Shown: positions 13,199-27,376 of the stretch, piece by piece
How positions within the stretch are numbered: position 1 is the stretch's first letter
Layout of the letters: the number at the start of each line of letters is the position of its first letter
NCBI GenBank assembly: GCA_036172245.1
Contig: JAYWIR010000033.1
Location: forward strand, 1 to 64,000
Reading direction: 5' to 3'
DNA from: Raillietiella orientalis
Taxonomy: Eukaryota
DNA: 64,000 nucleotides
Program-made: the position numbers and the translations under genes
Notes under the pieces: generated by a model
What the model was told of the DNA's origin: nothing
The model's input: only the letters and a program-made list of their open reading frames with translations
The model's database searches: none

Positions 13199-15808
13199 AC
13201 CGAAGAGAAGGAACGCGCCAGATTGGATTGCCACTTCACGGCGGAAGAAGTATCTTCCGCAAAAGCGGGCCTAAAGAGGCATAAGGCGCCTGGGGAGGAT
13301 GGCCGGCCCACGGAGTTCTTTCAATGCTTCGCGGCGGAGCTCGTGCTTCTGGTGCAGAGCCTTTCCTCGCTGATGCGTGAGACGGAAGATGTTCCTGCTA
13401 CCTTCCGCTTAGCTAAAATGCGGCTCTAGCCGAAAAACGGGGATTTGCGTCACCTCAGCAACTGCCTTCTGATCACCTTGGTGAATTTGGACTAGAGCTG
13501 TTCTCGAGGCTATGGGTCGCGCGTCTAAGGAGAATCGCGGAGTCCTTGGTAAGTCCAAAGCAGACGTATACTGTTCCGGGGCGGTCCGTGAACGCAAATC
13601 TCTTCTTCGCGCGAACATGATTCGAGTTGCAGCAGCGCGTGGCGCAACAGAGGCAGGCAGCCGAAATCGCCGCTGCCAAATGTAAGCGGCGGTGTTCAAG
13701 GCACGATGGAAAGCCAAGAGCCATAGCGGTCGCCGTCGATCTCTGCAAAGCGGTCGACAGAGTAAACCAGACCTCCTTCTGGAGCTTCTAGGATGCCTAT
13801 TCCTTTCGATGCACCCCATCGCCTACTTGCACGTCTGCTAGCGCCATGCGTTATGCTGTAATTCTTTCAGGGGGCGCCACGTGTACGGCATTCCCATACG
13901 GCGGGGTATCACGCAGGGAGACAGCTCAAGCCCCTTGCACTTCAGCATCTTCTTTGAGTTGGTGCTGAGGGCGTACAGGCTGACGCCGGCCAACCTGTTG
14001 AGCTCCATCCCTGGAACACCGGTCGTGGCTGCCTATGCTGAGGTCTTTCTCCTGCTGCTGCCCTTGTCAACCCCGGCTTTCAGGCTTGAGGACTTTGAGC
14101 TCATTCGTCGGGGAGCGGGCCTGAGCGTCAACAGGACGAAGTCAACCGTTGTACCGGTTGGCTCTACATGGTAGGAGCAGTCGGACTGGATCCGCCTGGA
14201 AATCCCCACGGGCAGGTGCTTTAAGTACCTTGGCGTTCCCTTGGGCGCCTTCTGTCCTGCATAAGCGTGGTCGGACTGCCTTCACGAGGCCGCGACTGCT
14301 ATGGGCCCGTTCCAAGGCGGCAGGTTTCTTCTGTCGGAACGGGCCTCCGTGTGGAAAATTTTCGTTGCCCCCCTTCTCCGTCTGCTCTTTTTTGTTTGTC
14401 CCCCTCCCTACTCGGCTAAGCGCCGGGCGCAACGTGTGCTGCGGAACGCCCTGTGGGTACCGGAGAGGTCCAGGATACGCCTGAAAGACTTGGAGGCTCC
14501 TCGGCGGGATGCAGGATTGGGCATCCTGACGCAGGAATGGATCGGCCTGCTAGTGCAGTTCCGCATGCTGGCACTTTGTGCGCAGCTCTGGACTACTCCC
14601 TGGTGTGCTCCACCGCGGCTGCTGCTGCGGCGCTGCACGGTTGGCGACGGACTACGTTCGTTGCATCTGCGCACGGAGCGCGCCCAGGGAGGATTCGGCT
14701 TCCCTTTAAAGAAGCTCTCCTCGTTTCTAAGAATGCATGAGTGGATCTCCTGCCGGCCGACGAACTTCAACGCCTGGAGGCAGGATGATTTCTCGTCCTG
14801 GGCAGCGCAACAGGATGTGTTTCGTTTGGAACTCCGTTAGGTGAAACTTTCCCCATACTGTCTTGCTGGGGAGGTGCTAAAGACCAGAACCATTGGAAAC
14901 GCCTAGCCGCTACGTTACTCGCCGAAGCACTGTGTGCACTGATGGTGCGAGACGACAGTAACCTCCCTGCGCGTTGGGTGATTGCTTGCGAAATCTCAAG
15001 CGAAACCCGACTGCTGAGCGGCTGGCGGACTTGCGAAGTGGCAGACGCTGTTACACCTCGTATTCTTGCAAAGGGGCTTCTCCGGTGGAGTGAGCTCCTC
15101 GGGGTGCCCACCGATGAACTTGTGGTCTCTTCTGCGTGTTTGGACGCGACTCTCTTCCCCCTTGGGTGGAAACAGGACGCTTTTCTGCTGGTGCATTAAG
15201 GTTTGTACTGCAATCAGCGGGCGCACCTGATTTCCGGGGGAGATGCTTCCCCGAACTGTTCCAAATGCGTAGCCATGGAATCGCTTTCGCATTTGGTGTT
15301 TGAGTGCGGTGCCCTCTAGGAGCTGTGGCGGCGGCTGTCTTCAGCGCTCCTGCTCCCTGGACACACCGCACTGGATTGGATGCGCCGCTTCTACACGCGT
15401 GGCGGTCTTTCTCTTGGAACGGTCGTCGCAATCATCTGCTGCGTCCGCGCTATTGTCAGGACCCACCACGTATTGCAGATGCGAGCAGTCCCAACATCGG
15501 TCCCCGACACCGCAGCCTGCAACCTGCAAATGGCTGCCGGGTGGCCGCACCAGGGAGCAGAAGTGAGGGCGAAGATCGACGGCATTCACCGCCGGTTCTG
15601 AGAATAGGAACGGTCAGACTGCATACTTGTGTTTCCGCCTGCCCTCTTAATTTATTTATTTATTGTCCCACCACCTCCCGTTCCGAACTCTCAGTGTGCC
15701 CGGACTGCGTTCCGGGAAATCTACTCCCCATTTTCTGTTCCCCTTGCCTGGGAAAACAGTTCCCAGTTGATATTATGAATCAACGTCCCGGCGCAACCGG
15801 GTAATAAA
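13199..15808 (+). mobile_element. LINE lineage G, 3' half (RT to 3' end), decayed
   Basis: KAPGEDG, RRGITQGDSSSP, AAYAEV, terminal CCCGG-cgcaa-CCGGG hairpin; inverted near-copy of 49883-52480. Confidence 0.9.
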
Positions 15809-16992
15809 CGATAACGCTGCATTCCTTAATCTGCTCGCTTGCCTGCTTTTTTTTCTGACGGTACGCGAGCTTTTTCTTCAATCTCCTCTCTTTTTTTCAC
15901 TTTTTGGCCGTTGCCACCTGCCACTCAGGCTCCTGGCTAGTTATTTCGACTTGTCAGGCGTTATTCGCAGGGGTGTCGGGTGCGGCCTGGGCCTTAGGCG
16001 CGGGTGGCACAGCCTTCGCGGTAGCTTTCGCCGCCAGCTTTTTCTGCAGCAACCTGGCGCGATTTTGAAGGTTTCTCTTGGATGCCATCCGCACAGTTGG
16101 TTTTGGACACAACTCTTATGTGTGGCCCATTGCCCGCAAACTTGGCACTGCACGTTGGGCTCCTCTTTTTAAGGTGTGGTTCGACGTGCTGCAGAATCCT
16201 CAGTACTTCGGCTTTCACACATACCAGAGGTCGAAGGTTTCAACGCCGAGCACCAGTTTATGGGGAAGAGTGCAGCCCTCTCGAACGGTTACGCGTGCAG
16301 CCGTGAGGCCGTGTTGCAGCCTCATGTATTTCTCAGAAGCACTAACTTTCTCCCACTACGCGTGCACCGCTATATATTCCTCCAACGCGGCGCGAACCTG
16401 TTCCTTGCGGATCGGCGCTGTAACACCTAACAGGTGGACCACCATGCTGCAATCCACCGTTATATTGAATAGTCTGCGCGTCTTCAACACCACGGGGGAT
16501 TTTAGCAGTCGTAGGGCCTGCTCTGCATGTTTGCAGATGACCTCAAGTACTGACCCCCGCTGCGGATGGTCATAGCGCTGTGCTTCTCCACTTTGACATG
16601 GAGAGCGCTCATCTTCTCTGAAAAGACGCGCTCACTCTCTGAACAATAAAGATTGTAGAGCAATGAGGGGTTATACCACTCGTCCACGTTGTCTGATAAT
16701 CCCGCCTCGGCTGCAGGCGACGGCGCCGCCAGAACGGCGCTTCACGCCCGCGCTGCAGTGGGGACCGATTCTGTGGGGACGTATGCCCCCACCTCCATCG
16801 CCTCTCTGGACGACGTTGCCGCCGCCCCCTGGCTCTCCTTCGCCTTTGGGGGCGGCGTTGCCACTGCCCCCCTGCCTTTTCTGGTAATCGTGTCAGGCAT
16901 CGCTTCCACATCGACCACCGAACAACACGACGCTTGCACTAAGGGAGACTTCCTGTCACGAGGAGCACCGAGAAAACACGTCCGCCCTAGAG
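15809..16992 (-). mobile_element. LINE lineage C: 5' end and ORF1
   Basis: CQVCG knuckle remnant; 5' motif GGCGGACG (reverse complement at 16979-16986); homologous to 48730-49882. Confidence 0.85.
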
Positions 16993-18245
16993 CACACCAG
17001 GCGTACGTCTGCGTGAACCAGGATCTATTGCTGGAGCTACTAGGTCGCATGGGTTTCCCACCCTCCTTCATAACCTACCTGCGCTCCTGCTGGCGCAATG
17101 TGCTCATCACTGTTACTTCCAGTGGACAAAAAGTGTATCTCGTGCCGGTACGGCGGGGTATGCGGCAGGGCGATAGCCTGAGTCCCCTGCTCTTTAGTAC
17201 CTACTTTGAGTTGGTGCTGAGAACGTATAGGGTGACGTAGGCCTCCTTACCGAGCTCGTGCCCCGGCACGCCCGCCGTAGCAGCTTATGCTGACGATCTT
17301 CTGCTGATGTTACCCATGTCCACTTGGCAGCCGCAGTCGAGGAATTCTTCGAGCTGCTAAACCGCGGGACGGGACTGCAGGTCAACAGGGCGAAGTTGCC
17401 GGTGGTGCCAGTTAGTGCGACGTGGGCAATGCAGCAGGACTAAGTCTGTTACGAAATCCCCACGGCGAAGTGCTTGAAGTACCTTGGTGTGCCGTTGGGG
17501 GTCTGTTTCCCTGCGGAAGCGTGGTCTGGTTGCCTCCCAAAGGTTGAGACGGCGATCGTTCCGTTCCTGGAAGTCAAGTTTTACTCGCCGGGACGGGCCG
17601 AGGTTTAAAACGCCTTCGCGACCTCCATCCTCCGCTTCTTGCTTTTTGTTTGCTGCGCCCCCGTTGAAGTTTAGAAGAGGACAAAGGACCTCCTCCGCAT
17701 CGCTATTTGGAGCAAGGGGAGGCGCCGAGTCCCTTTGATGGACTTGTGCGCTTTGCGTCGGGACGGCGGTCTCAGCCTCCTGACGCCGGAGCGCTTGAAA
17801 ACACAGCTGCGATGACGCATCATGGCCATCGCAGCAAAGAGATGGAGCATCCCTTGGTGCATTCCATCTCGCCTTCTCGCCAGACGTGTGTCCAAGACTG
17901 AAGGACTCTGCAACCGGCTGCAGAGGGCTGCTCAGGATGTATCGTGATTTCCTCCCTTTCCCCCCCCTTTCTTAAAGCACATTGCCTGCCTTGGGCGTTT
18001 TTCTTTTTTTCTTTTTTGTTGCTTTATTTTTGTTTTTTCCGCCCTTGCGCCAGTGTGGAGGACCTTATCGGCCTACGGTCCGGTATGGTCAAGTTCTTCA
18101 AGACACTCGAATCATGTGTTCCGACTTTGAAACAAATCAATGAGAAAAAAAAATAGTTTTATTGACAAGCTAAGAAGACTTTATTATAAGAATTTCATTG
18201 TAAAAATTTTTAATAATAAAAGCCCCGGCTGACCTGAGTGAAAAA
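16993..18245 (+). mobile_element. ORF2 RT fragment (lineage Cx) resuming at HxAxDCVDQ, joined by deletion to an H-like 3' end
   Basis: VNQDLLLELLGRMGFP, RQGDSLSPLLF, YADD; AATAAA at 18215 plus degenerate hairpin. Confidence 0.85.
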
Positions 18246-18633
18246 CCCCCACACTGCAGGATAAGATCTTCAAAGTCTTCCTTAACTTCAAATCTCTGGA
18301 CTTCATTGGCGAACGCGCGTAAGGTGTTTCCAAGAACTTGGCACCTACCTTGTGTATAATTCTGCACATGCAGCTTGTTGCCTTATAGGCGGTGGCTTTC
18401 GCTGGGGCTTCCTCAAATAGCACGAAGCCCCAGTGGAGAGCATTCCGTAGGAACGGTAGCTTGCACATCCTCCACATGCAGCGAAGATTCGCCTTCCGTA
18501 CTCTAATTTCGATCGCGTTGTTTACAGGCATCGCTCTCATGGGACATAGGCAACACTTTGAACGTACACACACCTAAACAGAAGTTCCCAGACACAATTT
18601 TTGCTCTGTAGCGTGGTGCAGACGCATCCGCTC
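18246..18633 (-). pseudogene. Old ORF1 N-terminal fragment with element 5' end
   Basis: MPVNN.., LRAFANEVQRFEVKEDFEDLILQCGG aligns with RAFSKALQNANVLEKDLDGLSVLSGG of E; 5' motif GAGCGGATG. Confidence 0.65.
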
Positions 18634-18730
18634 AATATACGTTTGGAGAAGCATTAAGGAATGAAGCGTACCTAAACAATCGTTCCCATTCCAGGACACC
18701 TGACGCAGGTCGCCTTGCTAAATATAAAAT
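18634..18730 (+). pseudogene. ORF2 linker fragment resuming at the GFG site
   Basis: Translates TFGEALRNEAYLNNRSHSRTPDAGRLAKYK, homologous to GFGGGLRNDRAY..SRTPDDRRLAEYK at 60578. Confidence 0.75.
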
Positions 18731-19640
18731 CGTTGAAGACAAAACCCACAAATAAAACACGAAAAACAAAGAAAACTAAGAGAGCGGTGTTCTTCGATGA
18801 GGGAAGGGAAGTGAACACTGCTCGCCACGGATGGTGTTCTGCATTAGGTTCAAGACGCAGTCAAGTACAGGTGCTAGAGTTTAAAACCAGTGTCATCGGG
18901 AGTTTCTCTCCATGGAATGGCATTCCGGATGTTGCAGACGATCATCAATGCAAGCCACTTGTCCAGGATTCCGCGCACGAAACAGAGAACTGCCATACAC
19001 GCGACTGCTGGCAAGGCGTCTTGGAGCAGGGAGCGACGCGGAATGTTCTTTCTATGGCCAACTGACAACGCCCGATTGCACATTGGAAGGAGGGTTGCAC
19101 ACTCGATTAGAAGGTACGGGAAGGAATTTTTCTTTCACCAGAGTCTGCACAACTGGCATTCACACGTTCGCGAGTCCAGTAAGAAAGGTGAGCTTTGCAA
19201 AGGAGTCCCAAATGCAACACAATCAACTCATTCTTTTGCCACTCTAAGGATAGAATGCAATTGTGCCTACGCTCTGAATACCACTTCACCTTACTTTGAA
19301 GGTATTGCGCGCAGCTCCTACCCAGCATGCCCAGTGCATGAGTCCCCCAGTTCGGATACTCGGAGTTGCAGAGTCTTCTTGTTACCGAGTTGTCCACGCC
19401 TTCAGGATTTTTTTTCTGCGTTTTATGTGGCAGCAAGCCTTCCACGAGAGCCTACTGTCCTCGCGGACCGTTACGCGCGCAGCTCAAAACTTGCTAAATA
19501 GCTATGCAACGAGAAAAAACGTAGAGTGTCTCTCATCCCGAATAGACCGTGTCCAATTTTGCAAGTTTACTCTGCACAGCGGGTTTCTTCATGCGGAGTA
19601 TCGATCCGGTAAGGTCGCCAAATATCGTTGTCCAAAGTGA
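18731..19640 (-). pseudogene. Heavily decayed ORF2 C-terminus and 3' UTR
   Basis: LEWQKNELIVLHLGLL..LSYWT..CADSGERKI; AVLCFVRGIL. Confidence 0.75.
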
Positions 19641-19899
19641 ACGGGAATATGAGGCGTTTATTGAACGTGATAAAAGTTCGTAGCTGTTGTTTAGTGAACC
19701 CTACACATACGCGGTTCAACTCTACAAAATGCTTTCCGCTGCGTGCGCATTAGCCGATTGCAAGAGACTCAGGTATCTCCAAGTTTTTGGGCCCCTGCAA
19801 GGGGAAGCGCGTCGTCGCGCGGAAAACGAAGCCGTCTACCTGGTGCAGAAGGGTCAGGTTGTATTCACTGTCTGCTTACTCCCGCTATCTCGCCGCAAC

Positions 19900-20425
19900 G
19901 GCTGGTTGAGCCGCCGCAATCATGAAACTAGAAGCCCTTGCCGAGGTAGGGAAAGCTTTTTTTTGCGGCGAGGACCCGCACTTCCATGGAATAGGGAGAT
20001 GAAATTCCCTCGTCTCCCTTCGCCAATGAGGCTGCGTTAACTGGCATTTTTATTCCGAAAGAGTTGGAGTTGCGTTACGTCGCGTGGATAATCGCGAATT
20101 TTCAAGTTTCAGTAGTAATGGATGCAAAGGCCATTCGCACTGCTGTTCCCGTCGGGCGGATCACGATCCAGCGATCCACCGTGTACGGAAGGATATTGCG
20201 GTCCTGGTTTTGTGCGGGTGCGCAGAGCAGTCTGCGTGTCAGGGCTCTTTATGGCAGATTAACTCTCCGAACTGCCTTTCGATGCGTACGGAGAGGCACA
20301 CATTCTCCGCATCTTTCGAGATCAACTGGAGAACGGTATTTCCGAATTCTCGTGTCCCAAGAGACGGACAAAGATTGCTCACCTTATACACAAGACGTGT
20401 TCAAACCATCCAGTATGTGTTACAC
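19900..20425 (+). pseudogene. Heavily decayed APE fragment
   Basis: AWIIANF resembles AHLIAGDF, with a downstream tggaga WR remnant; similarity is weak. Confidence 0.45.
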
Positions 20426-21500
20426 TTGAGTTTGGCAGGGATTTCTTATTAGAAATTTTATACAAAAATTCAATCATGCATACGTCAATATTGTTTGTTA
20501 CGTAATAGAACACTTTGTTGTACCACGCTTGGAAGACTTGCCTTGAAACGGTACTTAGATCGATGAGTTCCGTTTGAGCAGCGAAAAAAGAGGGGAAAAC
20601 CAGAACAAAAATAAACCAGCAAAATTAAAAAAGGAGGAAAATGTTCTTGGGGGAAGGGAAGTACAAGGAATGTATTACTGTTGATCTTGAGTGGTCCTCG
20701 GCATCATGTTGAAGTTACTGACAAGCATTGCTTTAACGGGATTCTGTTGGGTCCACCTTGCGCTGTCTCCATAAAGATCGTTGTCTCGTGGGTGGCGTCC
20801 CTGCTATTATGTCTTCTTTTTTTAGCGTTCCACCTTGACACGATCCTGCATACACAGAAAAGAACTGCTAGAAACGGAGCGCAAGGAATTATGCATGAAG
20901 AGGCACCGGATAATGCCTACAGAATCGACTGTAGCGATCTTGACGATCAACGGAAGTCGACCACAAAGTGCCCAGAGGGAGACGCAGTCCATTAGGAGAT
21001 GGAAGAACACTTTCGCCGCACTCTGCACAACGGACATTCACACTGAAGTGTTCCATGATAATGGCGTGCCTTTTATGGGGTTTCCCGATGCAACAACATG
21101 AAACCCGTCTCCTGACTCTTCATGAAAAGATACCAGTGTTCCGACGCGCTAAGGGTCATTTCGCCTAACCCTGAGGTATTGTGAGCAGCTCGTCTCAGCG
21201 CAGAAGTCCTTAAGATGGGACGCTCGGGATGGCAGCGTCAGATAACTACGAAGTTCTTCACGCCAACAACAGTTTTTTCGTGCATCATATGGTACAGAAC
21301 ACTGCTACAATGCTCGATCGTTGCTCTGCCTAGCGTTCCTAAGGGAGGACAGCATGGAGGCAAGTGAAGTAAAGGAAAGCCAAAGGATCTCGCGTGGATT
21401 CTTTGCAATCTCCTTCAAGGGCTCCCGGGCGTATGTTGCTAGTGGGAGGCAGACATATTCCCTTTCACTCGAGCTGTTGATTCTTTCCCTTGCGAAAATA
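20426..21500 (-). pseudogene. Heavily decayed D-like ORF2 C-terminus and 3' end
   Basis: Collinear similarity with 7800-8850, including the A-rich reverse complement of the T-rich UTR and a degenerate terminal motif near 20425-20450. Confidence 0.65.
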
Positions 21501-21949
21501 AATTCCTGAAATCAGGCACCGGTTCGCGGAAAGGCAGACGGTTCACGTATTCTCCATCACTAGGGTAGCCTTCTGGAGCATCTAAGGATTCCATTGGATA
21601 TTGCTGCGTTCGTAAGACACGAGAATGCAAGAAAATCGTTCGCAACCGGTTGATCTGCTGGAAAAGAAACGTAGGTTTTCAACGATCGCATTGTGCGGAA
21701 TTTTGCCGCGAGGATGAGTACTCGATATTGAAGCCGCCGTTATTGGATGCAGGCTTCGAATTTCGCGGCCTCTTCAGGTGTTTTTTCTTTTTGTCTCCGC
21801 GCTCGCTGCTCTCGTCGGAACGGCACAGAACCATTGGGTGTTAGGGCATGACCCTACTTCATAATCTGAATGGACGTCGTCCTTGCGCCTCCTTTGAGAA
21901 AAGTTGTCGCGCTCTTAGGTATTCGTGCTCTCTATCGGCCGCAAAAACA

Positions 21950-22900
21950 CTAGATACACATCCGAAACCTGAACTAGCTGGAGCAGAGAAAAATTTACTT
22001 TATCCGTGGCCCACGTTTGCCATTAGGGCTTGCTGTGGCATTGATCATATTGAAGCTTCTTTTCAGAATACGCGAAATATCGAACTGCTTAGTGCATGTA
22101 TAAATTAACAGATCAAGTCTTTAGGATTATCACTCTGGAACAGGCTGATGGCATCACTTCTGGAGATAGAAAAGTAGCCTCCAGCGTTTTGCAACAGTGA
22201 CATTGTTCTCTTCATCTTGCAAGAGTAAACAAAGCGAAATTTCATCTACAGCATGCGACCGTTATTGTACACACGGTAGTGTCCATGCGCACTTGCAAAG
22301 AGCGAAGAGAACAAAACATTACGGTGCCTTCCGGTAGAGTGTTCTGCGTTTCTCTTTTCCTCGGATCGTTTCTCGAAGATCCTAGGAACTTCGAAAGGTT
22401 AATCCAGCGACTGATTCATACACCTTTAAATGCGTGATTCTCTGAATTCAACCGCATCCTTAGCAGTTCTATGCTGCATCCGCAATTTGGTGACAGCCTA
22501 AAAGGCGAAAAGTATAAGCGCGAATAGTAGGCACGGCATCTAGTTGTCACAGATGCTTTCAAAGATGCCTGAAAAGCGTCTCTACCTAGGCAACATCGAA
22601 ACACTACTTGTCAGTATCCTGGATACAATGCCAAGGAGGGATGCAAGCGTAATGTGACACCGTTCACGGCACATGGTTCAAACAAGTGCTCCACCATATG
22701 TGGGCATTTATGGCAGGAGTTTGTCATTATTTCGTTTAATAAGGAATGTCGAGGAAAAACAGGGCGATTAATGAGAGTCAAAGTTCGCAAAGAAGGACTG
22801 AATTCCTTCATGATGGCGGAGATAAACGAAGGCTTACGAGTGACCTACAAAGATGTAGATCTCACAAAAATCCTACTCCGCACATCGTGAAACAATAAAC
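21950..22900 (+). pseudogene. Possible very old A-like LINE remnant
   Basis: 22056-22130 loosely resembles the LLFFIKGERNQ..DQGLGLKIN coding stretch of A; otherwise unalignable by eye. Confidence 0.25.
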
Positions 22901-24183
22901 AACGAAAAGAAAGTTCTCTACCATTCAGAACCCGGTTTTGTCTTCCTTGTGTATTGCTTTATTTTTCTTTCATGTGCAATCAATTGTGCGTTTTGGTTTT
23001 AGGGGACGTAGCGTGAACAGCTTGCAGCATTTGGAGAATCATAAGACTGAACAACATCAGTGTCGTAATCTGTTTAGAATAATCCTCTTCTTATTTGCGT
23101 GGGTCTCTTTCTACATGCTGATCACGCCTCTAAATGTAATTTTTGCTGTCTTACGAAATATCATGTATTCTTTCCCGCTCTCTACGTGAAAATGGACTCA
23201 CCTTCTTTGGAAAGTTGCTGTCCGAATTTTGTTCCAAAACCTTATATATCAGTCTGACTTAATCAAAAAACAAAGAAGACGAGTAATCAGAATAGCAATG
23301 ACTCCATAGGGACCTCTACGGCTGTGAAAATCGTTCAAGAATCGTTTAACGGACAAACGAAACACCGGATTCCCATGTTAAAAAAATATAATGCTTGCTT
23401 TCTAATAGGCAAAGGACATAAGTCACAAGATTTGAGTACGTCATGTACTAATGAAGTTTGCAACTGCTTCTCGGTATAGCAATACGAAATTTAAGTACAT
23501 CTTCTTTTTTAGTGATGCATATGTGGTTCCAAATGAGCATCAGTATGTATCTGCGAATGATGCAGGTAAGCCACGTATTCCAGACGCAATTGAAAAACCT
23601 AAGCATCTATTGAGAGTCTATGGACGCTTTCATTTTCATTTCATTCCCACAAGATAGTGTCCATTTTCCAAGAAGTTTTGTACGACAATAATCACAGTCA
23701 TCGTGTTGTGCTTTCGTGAGTGATTGATGATTTCATCACTAAAGCACGCAAATGCTTTCTGTTTTTAGAACAAAATTCATCCCGCATTCCCTTTCCGAAT
23801 TGTCATGGTAAGAGGGTCACGCAAGGGCACTGCGGTCCGAACAGAAAGTAAAATACACATTACAGGCGTTAGGTCACATAAAATTCAAAACTGAGACTAG
23901 AATACTCGTAATGCTTTGAATGAATTACTGAAAATATTTTAGTTTCAAATTCCCATGTCTTTTGTTCTGCTTACGTCGAATGTTTGAGATCTTTAGTGTT
24001 TTTTATATCCAAAAGAAGACAAATTTACTTCAGGTAGTTTTAGATCAAGTGCAAATTTTTATTGTCATCAATGAATGATGTGACCGAACCTTTTAATATC
24101 GCTCAGAGAACACTTAGTTCACGGAGAGGGACTTGCCAATATAACTACAAAATCCTTATTTGGTGGAGGTTTCCAGCTACACT

Positions 24184-24709
24184 TCAGTGTACTCGGAACA
24201 TATCCAGTATTTTTGCCAGGGTTGAGCCTGAAGCATAATCAAAGCACAATACGTTATCAAAAGATCCAAGACACACATGATGTATACGTGGATTCAAACT
24301 TTCCAAGCATATTCCTAATGATAATTGTGAGTTCTTGTTTTCTTGTGTAACGGGAACATCATATGATGAAATAAAGAGTAAAAGAATGTCAAATATCTTT
24401 ACGAAACTTTTTCCATTGTAAACAAAGTGATACATGGAAACGACTGTTTTCGAAAAATGCACCTTTACACTTCCCACATAATTCAAAGAAGACAAAGCAA
24501 TCAGTTCCAAATAGTTAAAATCAAACCACGCTTTTCCACGTTTCTAGAAACTTCTCATCAACAAAATAAATAGCAACACTGGTGTTCAAAGTGCAGCGTA
24601 TCCGAACACACGCAAAGAATCGAATTAAAACATACCTCCGAGATACACCTCCTTTAGGTTGTAGGTAGCAATCCCCATTGAATACATTCACAGTGAATTC
24701 CGCAATCAT
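24184..24709 (-). other. Possible host-gene exons (unidentified)
   Basis: Two adjacent AT-rich ORFs (108 aa and 62 aa) with a candidate short GTATGT..CAG intron near 24581-24635; no recognisable domain. Confidence 0.2.
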
Positions 24710-26673
24710 ACTTCCTTGGAAATCTGGTAGCTAAAATTTTGCTAAGTCCTATTACATTGCAAATCTGCGCTTACAAAAAAAGACAGGGAACACGAGCCAC
24801 GTGGCAGTGGAACCCGCGAATTAGTAAACGACAGTTGACACTTTCCAAAATCATTTCCGAAAACAGAAGAACAAGGCCCTCTCTTGTCCACAAGGCCGAT
24901 GACATGTGCGAGCGTTCTCTCCAATGGAATTGTAACGTTTTCCTTGTAAGAAGATGCAGAGCCATGCGCACCATAGCTCAATAGCACAGTCTACAAGAAA
25001 AAGGATTCGGTGTCACTTTAGCGTCCGAAAGGGGACATGGAGTAGAAAACTTCGCGGTGACGTAGAATGGCTGCGAAAAATTTCCTTACACTCGAAAGCA
25101 AGCATAAGAGAACAAATGTATACAAAAGAAGTAGGTTAAGCAGTATACACAGCTAAAAGAAAAAGGTTTCCACACGCCACTCACGGATTCCCGATCAGCA
25201 AACTCTTCGATTAGGTTGAGCACCATCTGTCCTCTTTAAGACGTGGCTTGTGTTCGACGCTGTCGTCAAACAGCCAGCTCTATTCCTATCTTTTCCCACA
25301 ATAAAAGAATTGAAACATCATTGCGAACATTTACGAAAATTAGAAACAGTGGCATCAGCAACAACGAAGTGCGCATAAGTGTTACAAGAACGAAGGCAAA
25401 ATCAGAAAGAGAGTATGCAGAAAAGGAAAAGAGGAAAGAATTCATCACACTACAACTGGTATGCTCCTTCACGCTGAGGCAGTTGCTTTTGCATATAGAA
25501 CAATCGAAAGAATGAGCGTGTTTCTTCAAAGAGAACAACAAGCAGCACTCGGCTCACAGTCGTTCGTTCCATTTACATTGAACTGCTTGCATAAAGCAAT
25601 GAGATGTAAAGCGCACCGAACATCGCTTAGAACACGAAATTGAACAAATGAAAGACCACTCAGTGAGTGAAGTGAAAATGTCAGAACTACGTTGCAAAAA
25701 TAAATAGACGAGAAACACCAACAAAAAGCAAACCATTCTAGAGAACAACCAACAAAATACATAAAGCCACTTAAGTAGAACCGTTTGTTGAGCACCAAAA
25801 CAGTACATACAAAGTAAACTGCGTGAAGTCACAATCGAAACACGCTGCAACAAATCTCAATCTCCAAGGAAACTTAAAAAGACAAACAGTGCAGGCACAG
25901 TGGAATGACAAAGATTCCCTGGAAGGTCAAAACACGCTCAAAAGAGAAATTGCAAGCCAAAAAAAAAAACTGGTTTCCATAAGTTTAGCCATGAATATAA
26001 AAAGTACGCCAGATGAGACAGCCCTTAACAAAAAGAACCAGGATTTATGCGAAGAAAGGCTGATATGCAGATGGATTTCCTTACGTAGGTGAAGAAGAAT
26101 CTCCACAGCATCCTGCCTTGCAATACTGCACACGGGATGAGAAATAATAACGAATGCCGCATGCTACCAAAATTCACCACAGCTTCTACAGAAATAAGAA
26201 ATTGCGCAGACTGCAAACCAATAGGAACTGCGGTCAACACTTGTAACGACAAGAGAAAAACATGTCCAACACCCACAGCTTCCAAAAACATCACACTCCA
26301 GTACACGTGATGCAAAGATACAGGTTTACCAGCTGTAGGAGAGTTTGCTTTCAGATGCAGCGGGTGCAGAACCAAGACCTAACAAGCTGCGTGCAGCGCG
26401 TCCAGAGAAAGCTGTGATTGCAATTATTCATTTTAAGTGACCACACAGCGAAGAAATTTACGCAACTACTCCAAGCGGCTTAACCGCAGAGTTGCTTTAA
26501 CAATTTCCACTCACAATACGTGCAAGAAGAGATCAGGATGGTCGGAGAATGCTATGCATGCTAAAAAGCAAAGAAATGTGCGACTGATTAATGGAAATGA
26601 CTGCTCTGCCTTCCTCGGTGTTTCTTTCTTTTCATTCGACAAGCAGCACGAAAAACACCCGTGCAAGGCATTC

Positions 26674-26747
26674 GCTGCACAGGTCGAGTGGACTCTACGG
26701 AGAATCCAGTGCTGCACAGGTCGAGTGGACTCTACGGAGAATCCAGT
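26674..26747. repeat. Perfect 37-bp tandem duplication
   Basis: GCTGCACAGGTCGAGTGGACTCTACGGAGAATCCAGT x2. Confidence 0.97.
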
Positions 26748-27376
26748 CAGGCGTGAATTTTTGGCAGTGAATTGATGCAGCGGGTGAGAAATAGGTGCGT
26801 ACGAACGATGGCCGCGCGGCACATTTGGCGCAGTCTTCAGAAGGGAAGAAAGGAAGGGAATAACAAATCGGGAAGTATCCCACGCGACTCAGAGATCGCT
26901 GTCATCGAAGAAAAGCAGTCAGCTCTTCCACATTTTTTCCATACGTTTTGTTCGTAGAAGCAAGCACGGATACTTTTTCACACCTAAAAGATGACCTCTG
27001 TTGTGGGAGGAACAGCGGTAGATAGCGTTCGACTATTTACCAGTTAACCGCTAGAAGGAATCATTCAAGAGCTTCTTCGCCCTTAAGGTCATGCCACCTG
27101 ACGCGGCAATTACGTCTCTTCCTTATTCGTCTGCTGGCAGAGAATCTCGAGGACAGAATCAGAGGTAGCCTATGCGATTCCTTTCTATGTTGTGGAACGT
27201 CCCCATAACTTTCTATCCGACGTAACCAAGAGATCTCAGACATCCTTGAGAGAATGTTAACGGAATACTCTGTGATACTTGGGCTCCAGCTCCTTCTGAA
27301 AGATTCAAAACTATCTGCTTGAGTTGTATTCATTATTTCCTACCACGTTTTTTTGTTTGTTCTTATCTTAAACTGC

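Noticed and set aside
7773..17900. RIP or CpG-methylation mutational signature
   Set aside because: Copies stay CpG-rich and show mixed substitutions and indels; no strong bias visible by eye (not quantified).
26674..26747. CRISPR-like repeat
   Set aside because: Two abutting units with no spacer and no cas genes; a simple tandem duplication.
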